A DNA stretch of 64,000 nucleotides from Truepera sp. (lineage in GTDB: Bacteria; Deinococcota; Deinococci; Deinococcales; Trueperaceae), in assembly GCA_965218435.1 (NCBI GenBank), contig CBDCKW010000009.1, forward strand, positions 1,472,001 through 1,536,000. Direction: 5' to 3'. How positions within the stretch are numbered: the first letter of the stretch is position 1; every line of letters starts with the position of its first letter. Both the position numbers and the translations under genes were made by a program. Under the pieces are notes generated by a model, which was not told the origin of the DNA, made no database searches, and was given only the letters and a program-made list of their open reading frames with translations. Positions 1 through 9,377 of this stretch are shown one piece after another.

Positions 1-477
1 ACGTTGTTGCTCGCCAACTGAAAGCTGCCAGATAAAGGCGTCGGGGTCAACTTTGAGCCCGTAGCGTTTGGAAAGCTCGCCGATACGCCTTCTGACCGCG
101 CCCAAATCGGTCAAAGGGCCACGGCCGCCGGGAAGACCTAACGCCACGTTTTCAGCGACCGTAAGCGCGTCGGCCAACATAAAGTGCTGATGCACCATGC
201 CGATGCCGAGGCGCAGGGCGTCAGCGGGCGAGGCAATCCCTTGGGGTACGCCGTCAATTAAAATCTCACCGGCGTCGGGGGTTGCGAGACCGTAAAGCTG
301 CTTCATCAGGGTAGATTTACCCGCTCCGTTTTCGCCTAACAGCGCGTGGATTTCGCCGCTACAGACCTCGAGGTTGAGGTGGTCATTGGCCAAAACACCC
401 GGAAACCGTTTGACGATACCGCGCAGCTCGAGCCGCTCGATGCGCCGGTGACCTGACGGCAAGAGGGTATTCTCCAT
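1..477 (-). CDS. ABC transporter ATP-binding protein (nucleoside/sugar CUT2-type), N-terminal part, runs off the window
   Basis: Manual translation from ATG at 477: MENTLLPSGHRRIERLELRGIVKRFPGVLANDHLNLEVCSGEIHALLGENGAGKSTLMK (Walker A); downstream of BMP and two permeases. Confidence 0.9.
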   Translation of the reverse strand, partial: MENTLLPSGHRRIERLELRGIVKRFPGVLANDHLNLEVCSGEIHALLGENGAGKSTLMKQLYGLATPDAGEILIDGVPQGIASPADALRLGIGMVHQHFMLADALTVAENVALGLPGGRGPLTDLGAVRRRIGELSKRYGLKVDPDAFIWQLSVGEQQR

Positions 478-497
478 GACCGCTTGGCTCACAAAAC

Positions 498-1457
498 CTA
501 TTGACCCAGCGGAACGATGCTGCCGTCGGTAAGCCCCTGCACGGCGACGTCGGCTGCGGCCCTAGCCTCATCCGGCAGAGCGTAACCGTCGTTATACGCC
601 ATCGTCAGGCCGCCATTTTTAAGGGTTGCCGTATACGTTTCGCCGCCCAGCGTGCCGCTCTGCACCTTCCCGATGATGTCGCGTAAGATGCCGGTCCAAT
701 CGTAAACCTGACTCGAGACGACGATCTCCGGGGCCAGCGCCGTCTGATCCGCCTGCGTGCCGAACCAGGGAACACCCGCAACTTGCGCCACGCCGATAGG
801 CCCGACGACCATCTGTGAGGTGCCGGTCAGCACGTCCGCACCCGCTTGCAGCTGCGTGTTCGCCGCTTCAGTCGCTAGCGCCACGTCACTAAACGAACCG
901 ATATAGCTGATGTTGACCCGCGCGTTCGGTTTGGTCGCTTTGACCCCCGCTGCGAAGCCGTCAATGTAGAGTTTCGCGTCGCCCGCTTCAACCGGCCCGA
1001 CCACCCCGAGGGTGTCGTCTTGGCTGAGGGTTGCGGCCAACACCCCGTTGACGTAACCGCCCTGGTCAGCCGCCGGTTCGTAGGCGTAGACGTTGTCTAA
1101 ACCGAAGGTGTCGTTGGCGGTGCCCCACGCGAAACTCACCTCAGGAAAATCCGGCGCGAGCTCCTCTAACGCCGTGCCGTACTGCGTCCCGTGGGCGATT
1201 ACAAGGTCATAGCCTTGCGAGGCCCAGTCGCGGAGCGCAGCCGCCGCGTCATCAACGACGAAGGTGCCGTCGGCGTAGTCGAAGGTGATGAGCCCTTCGT
1301 CTTGCAGCATGCTGAGCGCGGCGAACATACTCTGGCTAAAGGCGAAGTCGTTGACGGCGCTCGGCATCACGACCCCGACGCGGAGTGCGTCTTGGGCTGA
1401 GGCCAGTGCCAGGGACGCCAGGACAGATACTGCTAAAACTCTAAAGATGGTTTTCAT
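498..1457 (-). CDS. BMP-family ABC substrate-binding protein
   Basis: Signal peptide, HGTQYG and YIGSFSD motifs typical of BmpA/PnrA proteins; operon with permeases. Confidence 0.9.
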   Translation of the reverse strand: MKTIFRVLAVSVLASLALASAQDALRVGVVMPSAVNDFAFSQSMFAALSMLQDEGLITFDYADGTFVVDDAAAALRDWASQGYDLVIAHGTQYGTALEELAPDFPEVSFAWGTANDTFGLDNVYAYEPAADQGGYVNGVLAATLSQDDTLGVVGPVEAGDAKLYIDGFAAGVKATKPNARVNISYIGSFSDVALATEAANTQLQAGADVLTGTSQMVVGPIGVAQVAGVPWFGTQADQTALAPEIVVSSQVYDWTGILRDIIGKVQSGTLGGETYTATLKNGGLTMAYNDGYALPDEARAAADVAVQGLTDGSIVPLGQ

Positions 1458-1535
1458 GATGACCTCCGGGGCATTGAGATTTTTGCTGGGTGCTGCGACG
1501 TGATTCGGGTGTGCTCGAGCTAAAACGGTGAGGTA

Positions 1536-2465
1536 TCAGCTCCCCCGCTCAAAAGGGACGGTGAGGGCAGCCGGAGCCCTCGCCCGCTGCGCTGACAAGA
1601 TCAACACGAGAATCGTTAAAACGTAGGGCAGCATCACGGCGATGTCCGAGGGAATTGGCAACCCGAGCACCTGCGCCCACACCTGCAACGCGTTGACAAA
1701 ACTAAAAATCAGCGACCCGGCAAGGACGCCGAAGGGTCGCCACCCGCCGAAATATACGAGCGCGACCGCGATAAACCCGAGGCCGTTGGTCAGGTTCTGC
1801 TGAAAGACGTTGAGCAGCGCCACCGAAAGTGACGCGCCCGCCGCACCGGAGAGCACACCGCCGAGGATCAGCGTCTGGTAACGCGTCCGCGACACGCGCA
1901 CCCCGAGCGAGTCGGCCGCTGCCGGATTTTCACCTGCCGCGCGGAGGTTTAGGCCGAACGTCGTTTTGTTGAGCACAAACCAGGCCACCGGGACGAGCAG
2001 ATACGCGCCGTAAACGAGGACGCTGTGCTGAAAAAAAATCTTGCCGACGACCGGCAACTCGCTCAGAAAAGGGATCGGCAGCTCTTGAAAGCCGCGGACG
2101 CTCCGCGCCGTTCCGACGAATTTTTGAAAGAGCAGGTCGCTCAAGCCCAGGCCGAACAGATACACGCCGATGCCGCTGATTCCTTGCGTCGCCCGTAAGG
2201 TTACATTGACCACGCCGAGCAGAACACCCAGCAACCCGCCGACTAACAGTGCCGCCAACAGCCCGAGCCAGACGTTGCCGCTGACGAGCAGCGTGTAGTA
2301 CGCGGCAAACGCACCCAAGAGCATCACCCCGTCAACGCCCAAGTTCAAGACGCCGCTGCGCTGACCGAACATCTCCCCGATGGCGGCGTAGAGGTACGGC
2401 GTCGCCAGCCGAATCGTCGAGGCCAACATGCCGATCAAAACCGACGTGCTGAATTCGCTAAGCAC
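1536..2465 (-). CDS. ABC transporter permease (nucleoside-type)
   Basis: Hydrophobic; GEMFGQRSGVLNLGVDG, GENPAAADSLG, GFIAVA motifs. Confidence 0.9.
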   Translation of the reverse strand: MLSEFSTSVLIGMLASTIRLATPYLYAAIGEMFGQRSGVLNLGVDGVMLLGAFAAYYTLLVSGNVWLGLLAALLVGGLLGVLLGVVNVTLRATQGISGIGVYLFGLGLSDLLFQKFVGTARSVRGFQELPIPFLSELPVVGKIFFQHSVLVYGAYLLVPVAWFVLNKTTFGLNLRAAGENPAAADSLGVRVSRTRYQTLILGGVLSGAAGASLSVALLNVFQQNLTNGLGFIAVALVYFGGWRPFGVLAGSLIFSFVNALQVWAQVLGLPIPSDIAVMLPYVLTILVLILSAQRARAPAALTVPFERGS

Positions 2466-3582
2466 GTTGCGCGGTCGCCTCTACAGCTTTGACCTCAGGA
2501 GTTTTGAGCGCCCTGCGCTGAACCCGTTTTTGGCGCACATAGGTGCTACTCACCACAAAGATAACGATCAACCCGTTGAGCGTCGTGATGAGCGCGGCAG
2601 GCACCTGTACGGCCCTTTGCATACTGCTCGCACCGACCAACAGCGCACCGAAAAAGAACGACGCGGGTACGGTGCCGAGTGGGTGAAGCTGACCGAAAAG
2701 TGCCGCAACGATGCCGTTAAACCCCGCCGAACCGGTAAACCCCGCGGCAGTGCCGTCGGTGACCATCCGGTGACCCACGCCGTAGACCTGCACCGCCCCG
2801 GCGAGCCCGCAGAGTGCGCCGCTTAAGAGGAGCGACAAGACGATCATCCGGGCCGTTTGAATCCCGGCGTAACGCGCGGCAAAGATGTTGAGGCCGACCG
2901 ACCGGAGGCGGAACCCAAACGGTGTACGCCAGAGCAAAATATAGACCAGCACCGCCAGAACCAGCGCGATAAGCGCCCCGAGGTGAAGCTGCGTCGGGGC
3001 AAGCCGCGGCAAGTCAAACGTTCTGGACAGACGGGCGGTTTGCGGAATCGCGGCCGCGCCCATCTGGTCGGTGTCGAGCATGGGGCCACGTAGCAAGAAG
3101 TTCATCAGCTGCACCGCGATCACGTTCATCATCACGGTGCTTAAGATTTCGCTGACGCCGAAGCGGGCCTTGAACCAACCCGCCAGACCGCCCCACACCG
3201 CGCCGCCAACTGCGCCAACGCAGAGCGCGAGGGGAACCACAAACCAGGCAGGCGCACTCGGCAGCGCCAAACCGAACGCAGTCGCAGCCAGCGCGCCCAT
3301 AGTCATCTGCCCTTCGCCGCCGATATTGATCACGTTGGCGCGAAAGGCGATGCAGATACCCAACCCGACCAAGAGGAGTGGCGTGGCGCGAACCGCCGTA
3401 TCAGCTAACGCATTGACGCTTCCGAACGCGCCCCGGAAGAGCGCGGCGTAGCCCTCGAGCGGGTTCGCCCCCAGCAGTAAGAGCATCACCGCGCCTAGTC
3501 CCAGGGCCAACGCTGCCGCGACCAAAGGCACCGCGAAGTCAAAAAGGTGCCCAAGCCACCCGATCTTTAACCGTGAACGCAT
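2458..3582 (-). CDS. ABC transporter permease (nucleoside-type)
   Basis: Hydrophobic; NIGGEGQ, EILSTVMMN, GFNGIVAALFG motifs. Confidence 0.9.
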   Translation of the reverse strand: MRSRLKIGWLGHLFDFAVPLVAAALALGLGAVMLLLLGANPLEGYAALFRGAFGSVNALADTAVRATPLLLVGLGICIAFRANVINIGGEGQMTMGALAATAFGLALPSAPAWFVVPLALCVGAVGGAVWGGLAGWFKARFGVSEILSTVMMNVIAVQLMNFLLRGPMLDTDQMGAAAIPQTARLSRTFDLPRLAPTQLHLGALIALVLAVLVYILLWRTPFGFRLRSVGLNIFAARYAGIQTARMIVLSLLLSGALCGLAGAVQVYGVGHRMVTDGTAAGFTGSAGFNGIVAALFGQLHPLGTVPASFFFGALLVGASSMQRAVQVPAALITTLNGLIVIFVVSSTYVRQKRVQRRALKTPEVKAVEATAQRA

Positions 3583-3853
3583 ACGTGTGCGGGGTTTGTC
3601 ACTAAACCTCCTTAAGTGTCAAATGTAAACCGTTTTTTGCACGTCTGTAAACAATAAGCCGAGAACGGCTATACTTTAACGTACCGAGCTTCGATAAGCG
3701 TACAAATTTTTTCGGACGTTTTGCAGTTTTCCCATATTTTTAGAACAAGAGCGGGGTTTGAACTTCAGCACTTGGATCGCAGGTATTAGCCGGGGGTGGT
3801 GTGGGCGTCGTGCTCGAGACGCCCCTTGCTGGGCAAGAACGTTTTAATGCCTT

Positions 3854-5200
3854 GTGCCGCTTCCGCCCCAAGGTGATACCATCGCTGCCATTGCGACTGC
3901 CCCCGGCGTCGGCGCGGTCGGGATTGTGCGGCTTTCAGGGCCGGACGCTTACGGGATTGGCAGCAAGCTTTTTACGCCTAAACGTGGGCTCGAGGTCACC
4001 CACCTACCCGCAGGCCGCGTCGTTTACGGCCGCGTTACCGATGGGGCTGAGCTGGTAGACGAAAGTCTGCTCCTGACCTTCCGCACGCCGCACTCGTATA
4101 CCGGCGAAGACGTGCTGGAGTTGCAGACGCACGGCGGCCCCGCCGTATTGCGCCGAGTTTTAGACCTCTGCGTCCGGCACGGGGCGCGCCTCGCCGAACC
4201 GGGCGAGTTTACGCTCCGGGCGTATCTCTCGGGTCGGCTCGACTTGGTACAGGCTGAGGCGGTGTTAGAGCTGGTAAACGCGCAGAGTGACAGCGCCCGC
4301 CGCTCCGCTGCGTTGGGGCTTTCCAAAGTACTTAGCGAACAGCTAGACCTGATTCAGAACGACGTTACACGCGTCTACGGCAACCTTCAGGCGATGTTCG
4401 ACTACCCGGACGAAGGCGTACCTGACGCCGAGTTTGCTGAACCGCTAGGACGGGCGGTGGCTCGGATTGACAAGCTGTTAGGCACTGCCAAAGCTGGCCG
4501 CGTCGCGCAGCGGGGCGCAAAGCTGGCACTTATCGGCCGTCCCAACGCCGGGAAGTCAAGTTTGCTCAACGCGCTCTTGGGGTATGGACGCTCACTTGTG
4601 TCGGACACACCGGGAACGACGCGCGATTACCTCGAGGCTCCGCTAGACATCCTCGGGGTACCGGTCACCGCGGTAGACACCGCCGGGATTCGGGAGACCG
4701 GCGACGCGGTTGAAGCGAGCGGCGTCGAACTTGCACGGAGCATCGCCCAAAACGCTGATTTGACCCTACTGCTGCTCGATACGAGTCGAGGACTCGAGGC
4801 CGGTGACCTCACGCTTATTGGAGAGTTGGACCCGGCGCGGCTGCTTGTTTTAGGGAGCAAAACCGACCTGCCGTCCGCGTGGACACCTGCCGAATTACCA
4901 GCCAAAGTGCTAAGGATTTCAGCGGCGACCGGTGCAGGGTTAGACACGCTCCGCGACCAGGTGCGCCATACCCTTATCGGCGACGCCGGTCAGAGCGAGT
5001 TGTGGGTGGGCGGCGAACGGCAGATTCACGCTTTGGAAACCGTGCGGGAGCATCTGTTACGTGCTGGAGACGCACCTGACGACCTCGCGGCGCTCGATTT
5101 GGCCGACGCCCTGCGGACGCTCGCTGAACTCACGGGGCGCGGCGACGTAGCGGAGGAGACCTTAGAACATATTTTCAAGAACTTCTGCGTGGGGAAATAG
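3854..5200 (+). CDS. mnmE: tRNA modification GTPase MnmE
   Basis: DTIAAIATA, SYTGED, GRPNAGKSS, PGTTRD, DTAG and C-terminal FCVGK. Confidence 0.97.
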   Translation: MPLPPQGDTIAAIATAPGVGAVGIVRLSGPDAYGIGSKLFTPKRGLEVTHLPAGRVVYGRVTDGAELVDESLLLTFRTPHSYTGEDVLELQTHGGPAVLRRVLDLCVRHGARLAEPGEFTLRAYLSGRLDLVQAEAVLELVNAQSDSARRSAALGLSKVLSEQLDLIQNDVTRVYGNLQAMFDYPDEGVPDAEFAEPLGRAVARIDKLLGTAKAGRVAQRGAKLALIGRPNAGKSSLLNALLGYGRSLVSDTPGTTRDYLEAPLDILGVPVTAVDTAGIRETGDAVEASGVELARSIAQNADLTLLLLDTSRGLEAGDLTLIGELDPARLLVLGSKTDLPSAWTPAELPAKVLRISAATGAGLDTLRDQVRHTLIGDAGQSELWVGGERQIHALETVREHLLRAGDAPDDLAALDLADALRTLAELTGRGDVAEETLEHIFKNFCVGK

Positions 5201-5211
5201 TCGAACTCCTG

Positions 5212-5413
5212 AGTACACGACAATTCTTTAGAAGCCTTGTCCAGAACGTGATTGTTGTATAAGCCCGAAAAAAGGATTTTCGTCTGCATGATCATGACCA
5301 GGTAAATCACTTTTAACATCGTCCTAAACAGCAGTCTCGGGGGACATGAACGCTACTTTTCAGAGGGCTCAATAGCCCGTTCAGACTCGTAAAACTATTT
5401 TTTGTCGTGTACT
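5212..5413. mobile_element. MITE-like relic (~200 bp) with 12-bp terminal inverted repeats
   Basis: AGTACACGACAA (5212-5223) and TTGTCGTGTACT (5402-5413) are exact inverted repeats around AT-rich non-coding DNA. Confidence 0.55.
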
Positions 5414-6367
5414 AAGGTCGAGCCTATAACCGAGGTAACCCGCAAAGATATTCTATTGTTTGCAAATCACCCAAACTCAAGAAGGTAGAACTTGAACAGA
5501 GCAAATGAAGATGTCGCTGCTTAAACCGGCTTTCCGCCCAAGTATTCGCTAAAGCGGAGCAGATACCCGTCCGGGTCTTGCACTAAAAACTCACGGTTGC
5601 CGCTCAGCGTGTCAGCTACCCGGTACCAGTTCTCTTCGGGTAAAACGAAAAGCGGGTGGTTTGCCCCGGCTAAACGTGTCAAGATAGGTTCTAGTTTTTC
5701 GACCTCGATCTGCAAGTTGATACCCCGGCCCAAGGGGGGCTCGAGCCCTCCCGGTGTACCCCAGCCCTGGCCCTCCGCGTACTGGTCGAGCATCAGCTGC
5801 GCGTCGCCGAGTTGAAGGTACGCAAACCGCGTTTCAGGTCGGGAGAAAAGCACTTCAAATCCAAGCAGGTCGGTGTAAAACGCCAGATTCTTATCAATAG
5901 ACTTGTTCCCGAATAGACATCAAGTGAGCCAGAGGTTCCATAAACCTGCTGAGACGACGAGCACATCGTCTTCAAAGTTGTCTCTATGGTTGCGGTAAGG
6001 AGTCGTAAGAATACGAAACCGTTTCATTCCGCCGATAGCGTGCTCGATAAAAACTCTCAACTTGGCTAAGGCACGGTTGTCTTGCTTCTGTTCGGGGCTA
6101 AGGTGCGGGTCAGGCTTCTTTTTGCTTTTGCGCGGTTTCTTGTGGGGAATGCGAATACTGAGACCTTGATAGTCTGTCTGTATCCCTTGATAGCCCAAGT
6201 CGAGTAGTACTTCAGTGTCTGCAAACCAAGCCTTTTCCGAAGGAAACTCTGTTTTAAGCATGGTGTAGTCATGCGTTTTACCCGGGAAAGTCTGACCCAA
6301 GAACAAAATGACCTTGTTCGCTGAGGAGAAAACGGTGTTCTTCAAGGTATGGCGCTTTTTTTACCAC

Positions 6368-6403
6368 GTCTTGGACAAAACGGCACCTCCCGGGCCTGTC
6401 CGC
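6368..6403 (-). repeat. Hairpin micro-element copy A (36 bp)
   Basis: Minus strand GCGGACAGGCCC-GGGAGG-TGCCGTTTTGTCCAAGAC; removal restores transposase HYSG. Confidence 0.9.
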
Positions 6404-6587
6404 TATAGTGTTCACGTTGTTTTTCGTCATCACTTGGACGTTGATAGAGACGCTCAGTTACATCAACTAGCAGATGCTCTAGGTCTACGTTTGCCAGGGT
6501 GATTTTAAGTGCTTCGGCATTAGCAAACGTGCGTTCAGGCAAAACTCCCAAGCTTGCCAAAGTCTTAGACATGATAGGGGTCAGTCT

Positions 6588-6625
6588 GCGGACAGGCCCC
6601 TTTCGGGTGCCGTTTTGTCCAAGAC
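6588..6625 (+). repeat. Hairpin micro-element copy B (38 bp)
   Basis: GCGGACAGGCCC-CTTTCGGG-TGCCGTTTTGTCCAAGAC; removal restores transposase CENVH-RLTPI with no duplication. Confidence 0.9.
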
Positions 6626-7027
6626 ATGGACGTTTTCACAAGCTTTTGAACGCGCCATATCAAAGTGGGTTCCCAGCACATCAAACGTCGGATAATTCTT
6701 GAAGTAGTAAAGCATGAACAACAGCTTTGCCTCGGCACTGGCTAACTTGCCTTTTTGCCCTCCACCCGACCTACGCTGTTTTAGCCCTTGTACATACGCT
6801 TGCTCCTGCTCAGCCTGGTGGATTTTCGCAAACACTTTCGCCAGAACCTTGAACTTCTCGCTTGATAGACCTGTCAGTGCTTTTAATTGTCGCTCGTCTC
6901 GTATCTTCGCTAGCATTTCGCTACTTTAGCAGCTTCTCCTCACTATTAGGGAACTACTCTAATGTCTAGCACCGTGAGTTCAGGAACGAGCGCCGCCCAT
7001 TTCACAGTGACCCAACTAGCCCAGCCT

Positions 7028-7546
7028 TCACGCTTGATACGCCGCTTCGGTTTCAGCCGCGGCCCGCTGCACCGCCTCGGGAAAGTCGGCGGCGATATTT
7101 TCTAACACGCGCTGCGCCGTAAAGTGAATCATTTTAAGGAGCGCCCGTCCGCCCCATTTTTCGGGTTCGGGCAGGTTCAGATGGATAGTGATGTCAAACT
7201 CGTAAGAAACGCGGCTGCCGCTTGGGAGCGGTTGCACTTCGGCGCGTCCGGCAACCTCCGCCCAGCCTAGACGCGGTTCGGAGATGGGCAGTGGGCTCAG
7301 CTCCGCGCCTCTCGTGGTCGGCTGCAAAATGCTCTCAAACATCAGCTCTTGCTGACCGAAAAACGCAGCGTTCACCGGCAAGAGCGCCCGCACGTGTTTG
7401 AGCTGACCGACCTCGAAGACCGCCATATCGCGGATAAAGGCGGCGTAGGCGAGACTCCGCGGCACGTCGCGGACAAAGGTAACCGCCGCCGCCGGGTCGA
7501 GGCTGAGGTCAAAGGTAAAGTGAACCGTGTGAGCAATATCCATCAT
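7028..7546 (-). CDS. DUF3809-like protein (Deinococcus-Thermus conserved hypothetical)
   Basis: SRPBCC-like size; EKWGGRALLKM motif; adjacent to a DUF3248-like gene (recognised from memory). Confidence 0.65.
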   Translation of the reverse strand: MMDIAHTVHFTFDLSLDPAAAVTFVRDVPRSLAYAAFIRDMAVFEVGQLKHVRALLPVNAAFFGQQELMFESILQPTTRGAELSPLPISEPRLGWAEVAGRAEVQPLPSGSRVSYEFDITIHLNLPEPEKWGGRALLKMIHFTAQRVLENIAADFPEAVQRAAAETEAAYQA

Positions 7547-7561
7547 GGTTAATACCTACAG

Positions 7562-7831
7562 CTAGGGACGCGGGCGTGTGCCCACCCATTCCACGCGTAG
7601 TGTACCCGACCGGGCCGCCTCCTCGAGTTCAGCGTCAGAGGCACCCTTAAGGCGCGGCAGCTCAGCAAATAGCGCGGCGCTTTCGGCAAACCCGAGGCGT
7701 ACCGTCACCGGCCCGTTGTCTCCGTGACGACCCACACGCCACAGCAGCTGAGCGGCTAAGGCGTCGAGCTGCTCCGGCGAGAGTCCGTGCGCCGCCAGCA
7801 CTTCGCTCAGTTGTTCTCCTAACGTGCTCAT
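7562..7831 (-). CDS. DUF3248-like small protein
   Basis: LLWRVGR, VTVRLG, LRVEWV motifs; 89 aa. Confidence 0.65.
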   Translation of the reverse strand: MSTLGEQLSEVLAAHGLSPEQLDALAAQLLWRVGRHGDNGPVTVRLGFAESAALFAELPRLKGASDAELEEAARSGTLRVEWVGTRPRP

Positions 7832-7951
7832 CTCGGTCCAATCTCTTTAAGCAACGTGGTGACCTTTTGCCCTGTCTAATCTTTTACCTGCTTTACTTGC
7901 GCGTTACAACGCCGCACCCTACTTTTAGGGCAGTACTTTTTGCCTGCTTTC

Positions 7952-9154
7952 TTAGTAGCGGCCGCTAACCTCGAGCCCGACGAACGTCAGATACCGCGTT
8001 TCCGGCAAACCCAGAACTTCCGGGTGACACGGCGCTGCGCCCCGCTTGACAAGCACCCGCACCTGTCTTCCGGCGTCTTGCGCCGCGCCCGTCAACATCT
8101 CTAAAAACGCCACTTCGGAGATGAAGTGCGAACAGCTCGTGGTAAAGAGCCGCCCGCCGACCCCCAGCAGTTTCAGCGCGTGCAAGTTGAGGTCGCGGTA
8201 GCCGGTCAGCGCCGCCGCCACCTGAGCGCGGCCCTTGGCGAAAGCCGGAGGGTCTAGGACGACCGTCTCAAACAGTGTATCAAACCTGTCACCGGCGGCC
8301 ACGAGACCGCGCAACACGGTAAAAGCGTCGCCACGCACCGTTTTGAGCGTGAGGTTATTTTGAGCGGCGCTACGCTCTAGCTGAGCCAACGCAGGGGCGC
8401 TCGAGTCCACTGCCGTCGTTTCGTCAGCGTGACGGGCGAGCTGCAGCGCAAACCCGCCGTGATACGAAAACACGTCGAGTGCCCGGCCAAAAGCGAACGA
8501 TCCAGCGAGCACGTGATTTTCTCGCTGGTCTAAAAACGCGCCGGTCTTTTGCCCGCTGTAAGGCGCAGCAGTGAGGGTCACGTCGCCTTCGGTAAAGGGG
8601 ACCGTTTCGGGTACCGACCCGGCGAGCACCGTGAGCTGTTGCGGGAGGCCCTCGAGCTTTCTCACCGCGCTGTCGTTGCGGGCCAAGACGCCTTTAGGCG
8701 CGTAGATATCGGTCAAGGTCTGGACGATGACCTCGGTGAACGCCTCGAGTGCAGCCGCGTGTTGTTGCACCACCAAAACGTCGCCGTATTTATCCACCGT
8801 CAAACCCGGCAAACCGTCCGCTTCACTGTGAACGACCCGGAACGCCTCAAACCCCACCGCCGCCCGTACCCGGTACGCCGCCGTTTGCCGGATACGCGCC
8901 GCCATCAGCTCCGGCGTAACATGCGCGTCACCCCGCGCGACAAGCCGAAAGGCCAACTTTGAACGAGGGTTGAAAAAGCCTTCGCCGAGCCTTTCTCCCT
9001 GGGCACTGAAGATAGCAGCCAAACCGGGCGCAACGTCTCGCTGCGCTCCTGCTAAACGCAAGTCACCGGCAAAGACCCACGGATGCCCCGTTGCGAGCCG
9101 CCGTGCTCCTTTTTCTGTCACTGTCAGTGTAGTTATGACCGTTTCGGTAGACAC
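7952..9154 (-). CDS. RlmI-like class I SAM-dependent rRNA m5C methyltransferase
   Basis: GHPWVF (PUA), SEADGLPGL, GQKTGAFLDQREN, DVFSYHGGF, LDPPAF, TSCS. Confidence 0.9.
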   Translation of the reverse strand: MSTETVITTLTVTEKGARRLATGHPWVFAGDLRLAGAQRDVAPGLAAIFSAQGERLGEGFFNPRSKLAFRLVARGDAHVTPELMAARIRQTAAYRVRAAVGFEAFRVVHSEADGLPGLTVDKYGDVLVVQQHAAALEAFTEVIVQTLTDIYAPKGVLARNDSAVRKLEGLPQQLTVLAGSVPETVPFTEGDVTLTAAPYSGQKTGAFLDQRENHVLAGSFAFGRALDVFSYHGGFALQLARHADETTAVDSSAPALAQLERSAAQNNLTLKTVRGDAFTVLRGLVAAGDRFDTLFETVVLDPPAFAKGRAQVAAALTGYRDLNLHALKLLGVGGRLFTTSCSHFISEVAFLEMLTGAAQDAGRQVRVLVKRGAAPCHPEVLGLPETRYLTFVGLEVSGRY

Positions 9155-9377
9155 CGCCGCACCCTAGCACGAACTCGAGCCAAATTTGGACGGGCTACGC
9201 CGAGATTAGTTGCTGCTGAGAGCACCGTGAACGCGCCTTTACACCGTAAGCTTTACGCCCCAAGGTTGCCCTGCTTCACAGAGTTCACAAGCTAAAGAGG
9301 TCAGACTCATAAGGGGTGGGTACAGTTAAAAAGAGAGCTTGGTTTAGCAAACTCGTGCTCACAGATACGGAGTTGAG

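Larger units (their letters stand above)
5920..6916 (-). pseudogene. IS5/ISL2-type DDE transposase disrupted by two micro-inserts and a frameshift at an A7G run
   Basis: Pieces LKALTGLS, YPTFDVLG, VDVTE, YSGKK(K)RHTLK, HDY, DLGYQG, IEHAIGGMKRFRIL; removing the 36- and 38-bp inserts and one -1 shift gives a 307-aa ORF. Confidence 0.9.
5899..6960 (-). mobile_element. IS5-family (ISL2-group-like) insertion sequence
   Basis: 18-bp imperfect TIRs (AGACTTGTTCCCGAATAG vs revcomp AGAGTAGTTCCCTAATAG, 15/18), 3-bp target duplication AAT (5896-5898 / 6961-6963), HTH+DDE transposase inside. Confidence 0.92.
5521..7005 (-). pseudogene. VOC/glyoxalase-bleomycin-resistance family gene interrupted by an IS
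   Basis: GTG at 7005 gives MKWAALVPELTVLDI; removing IS 5899-6960 plus one AAT copy continues in frame DKNLAFYTDLLGFEVLFSRPE...QDPDGYLLRF. Confidence 0.9.

Noticed and set aside
3624..3637. TGTAAACCGTTTTT as a LacI-type operator
   Set aside because: It is an imperfect palindrome and there is no LacI gene in the window; unsupported.
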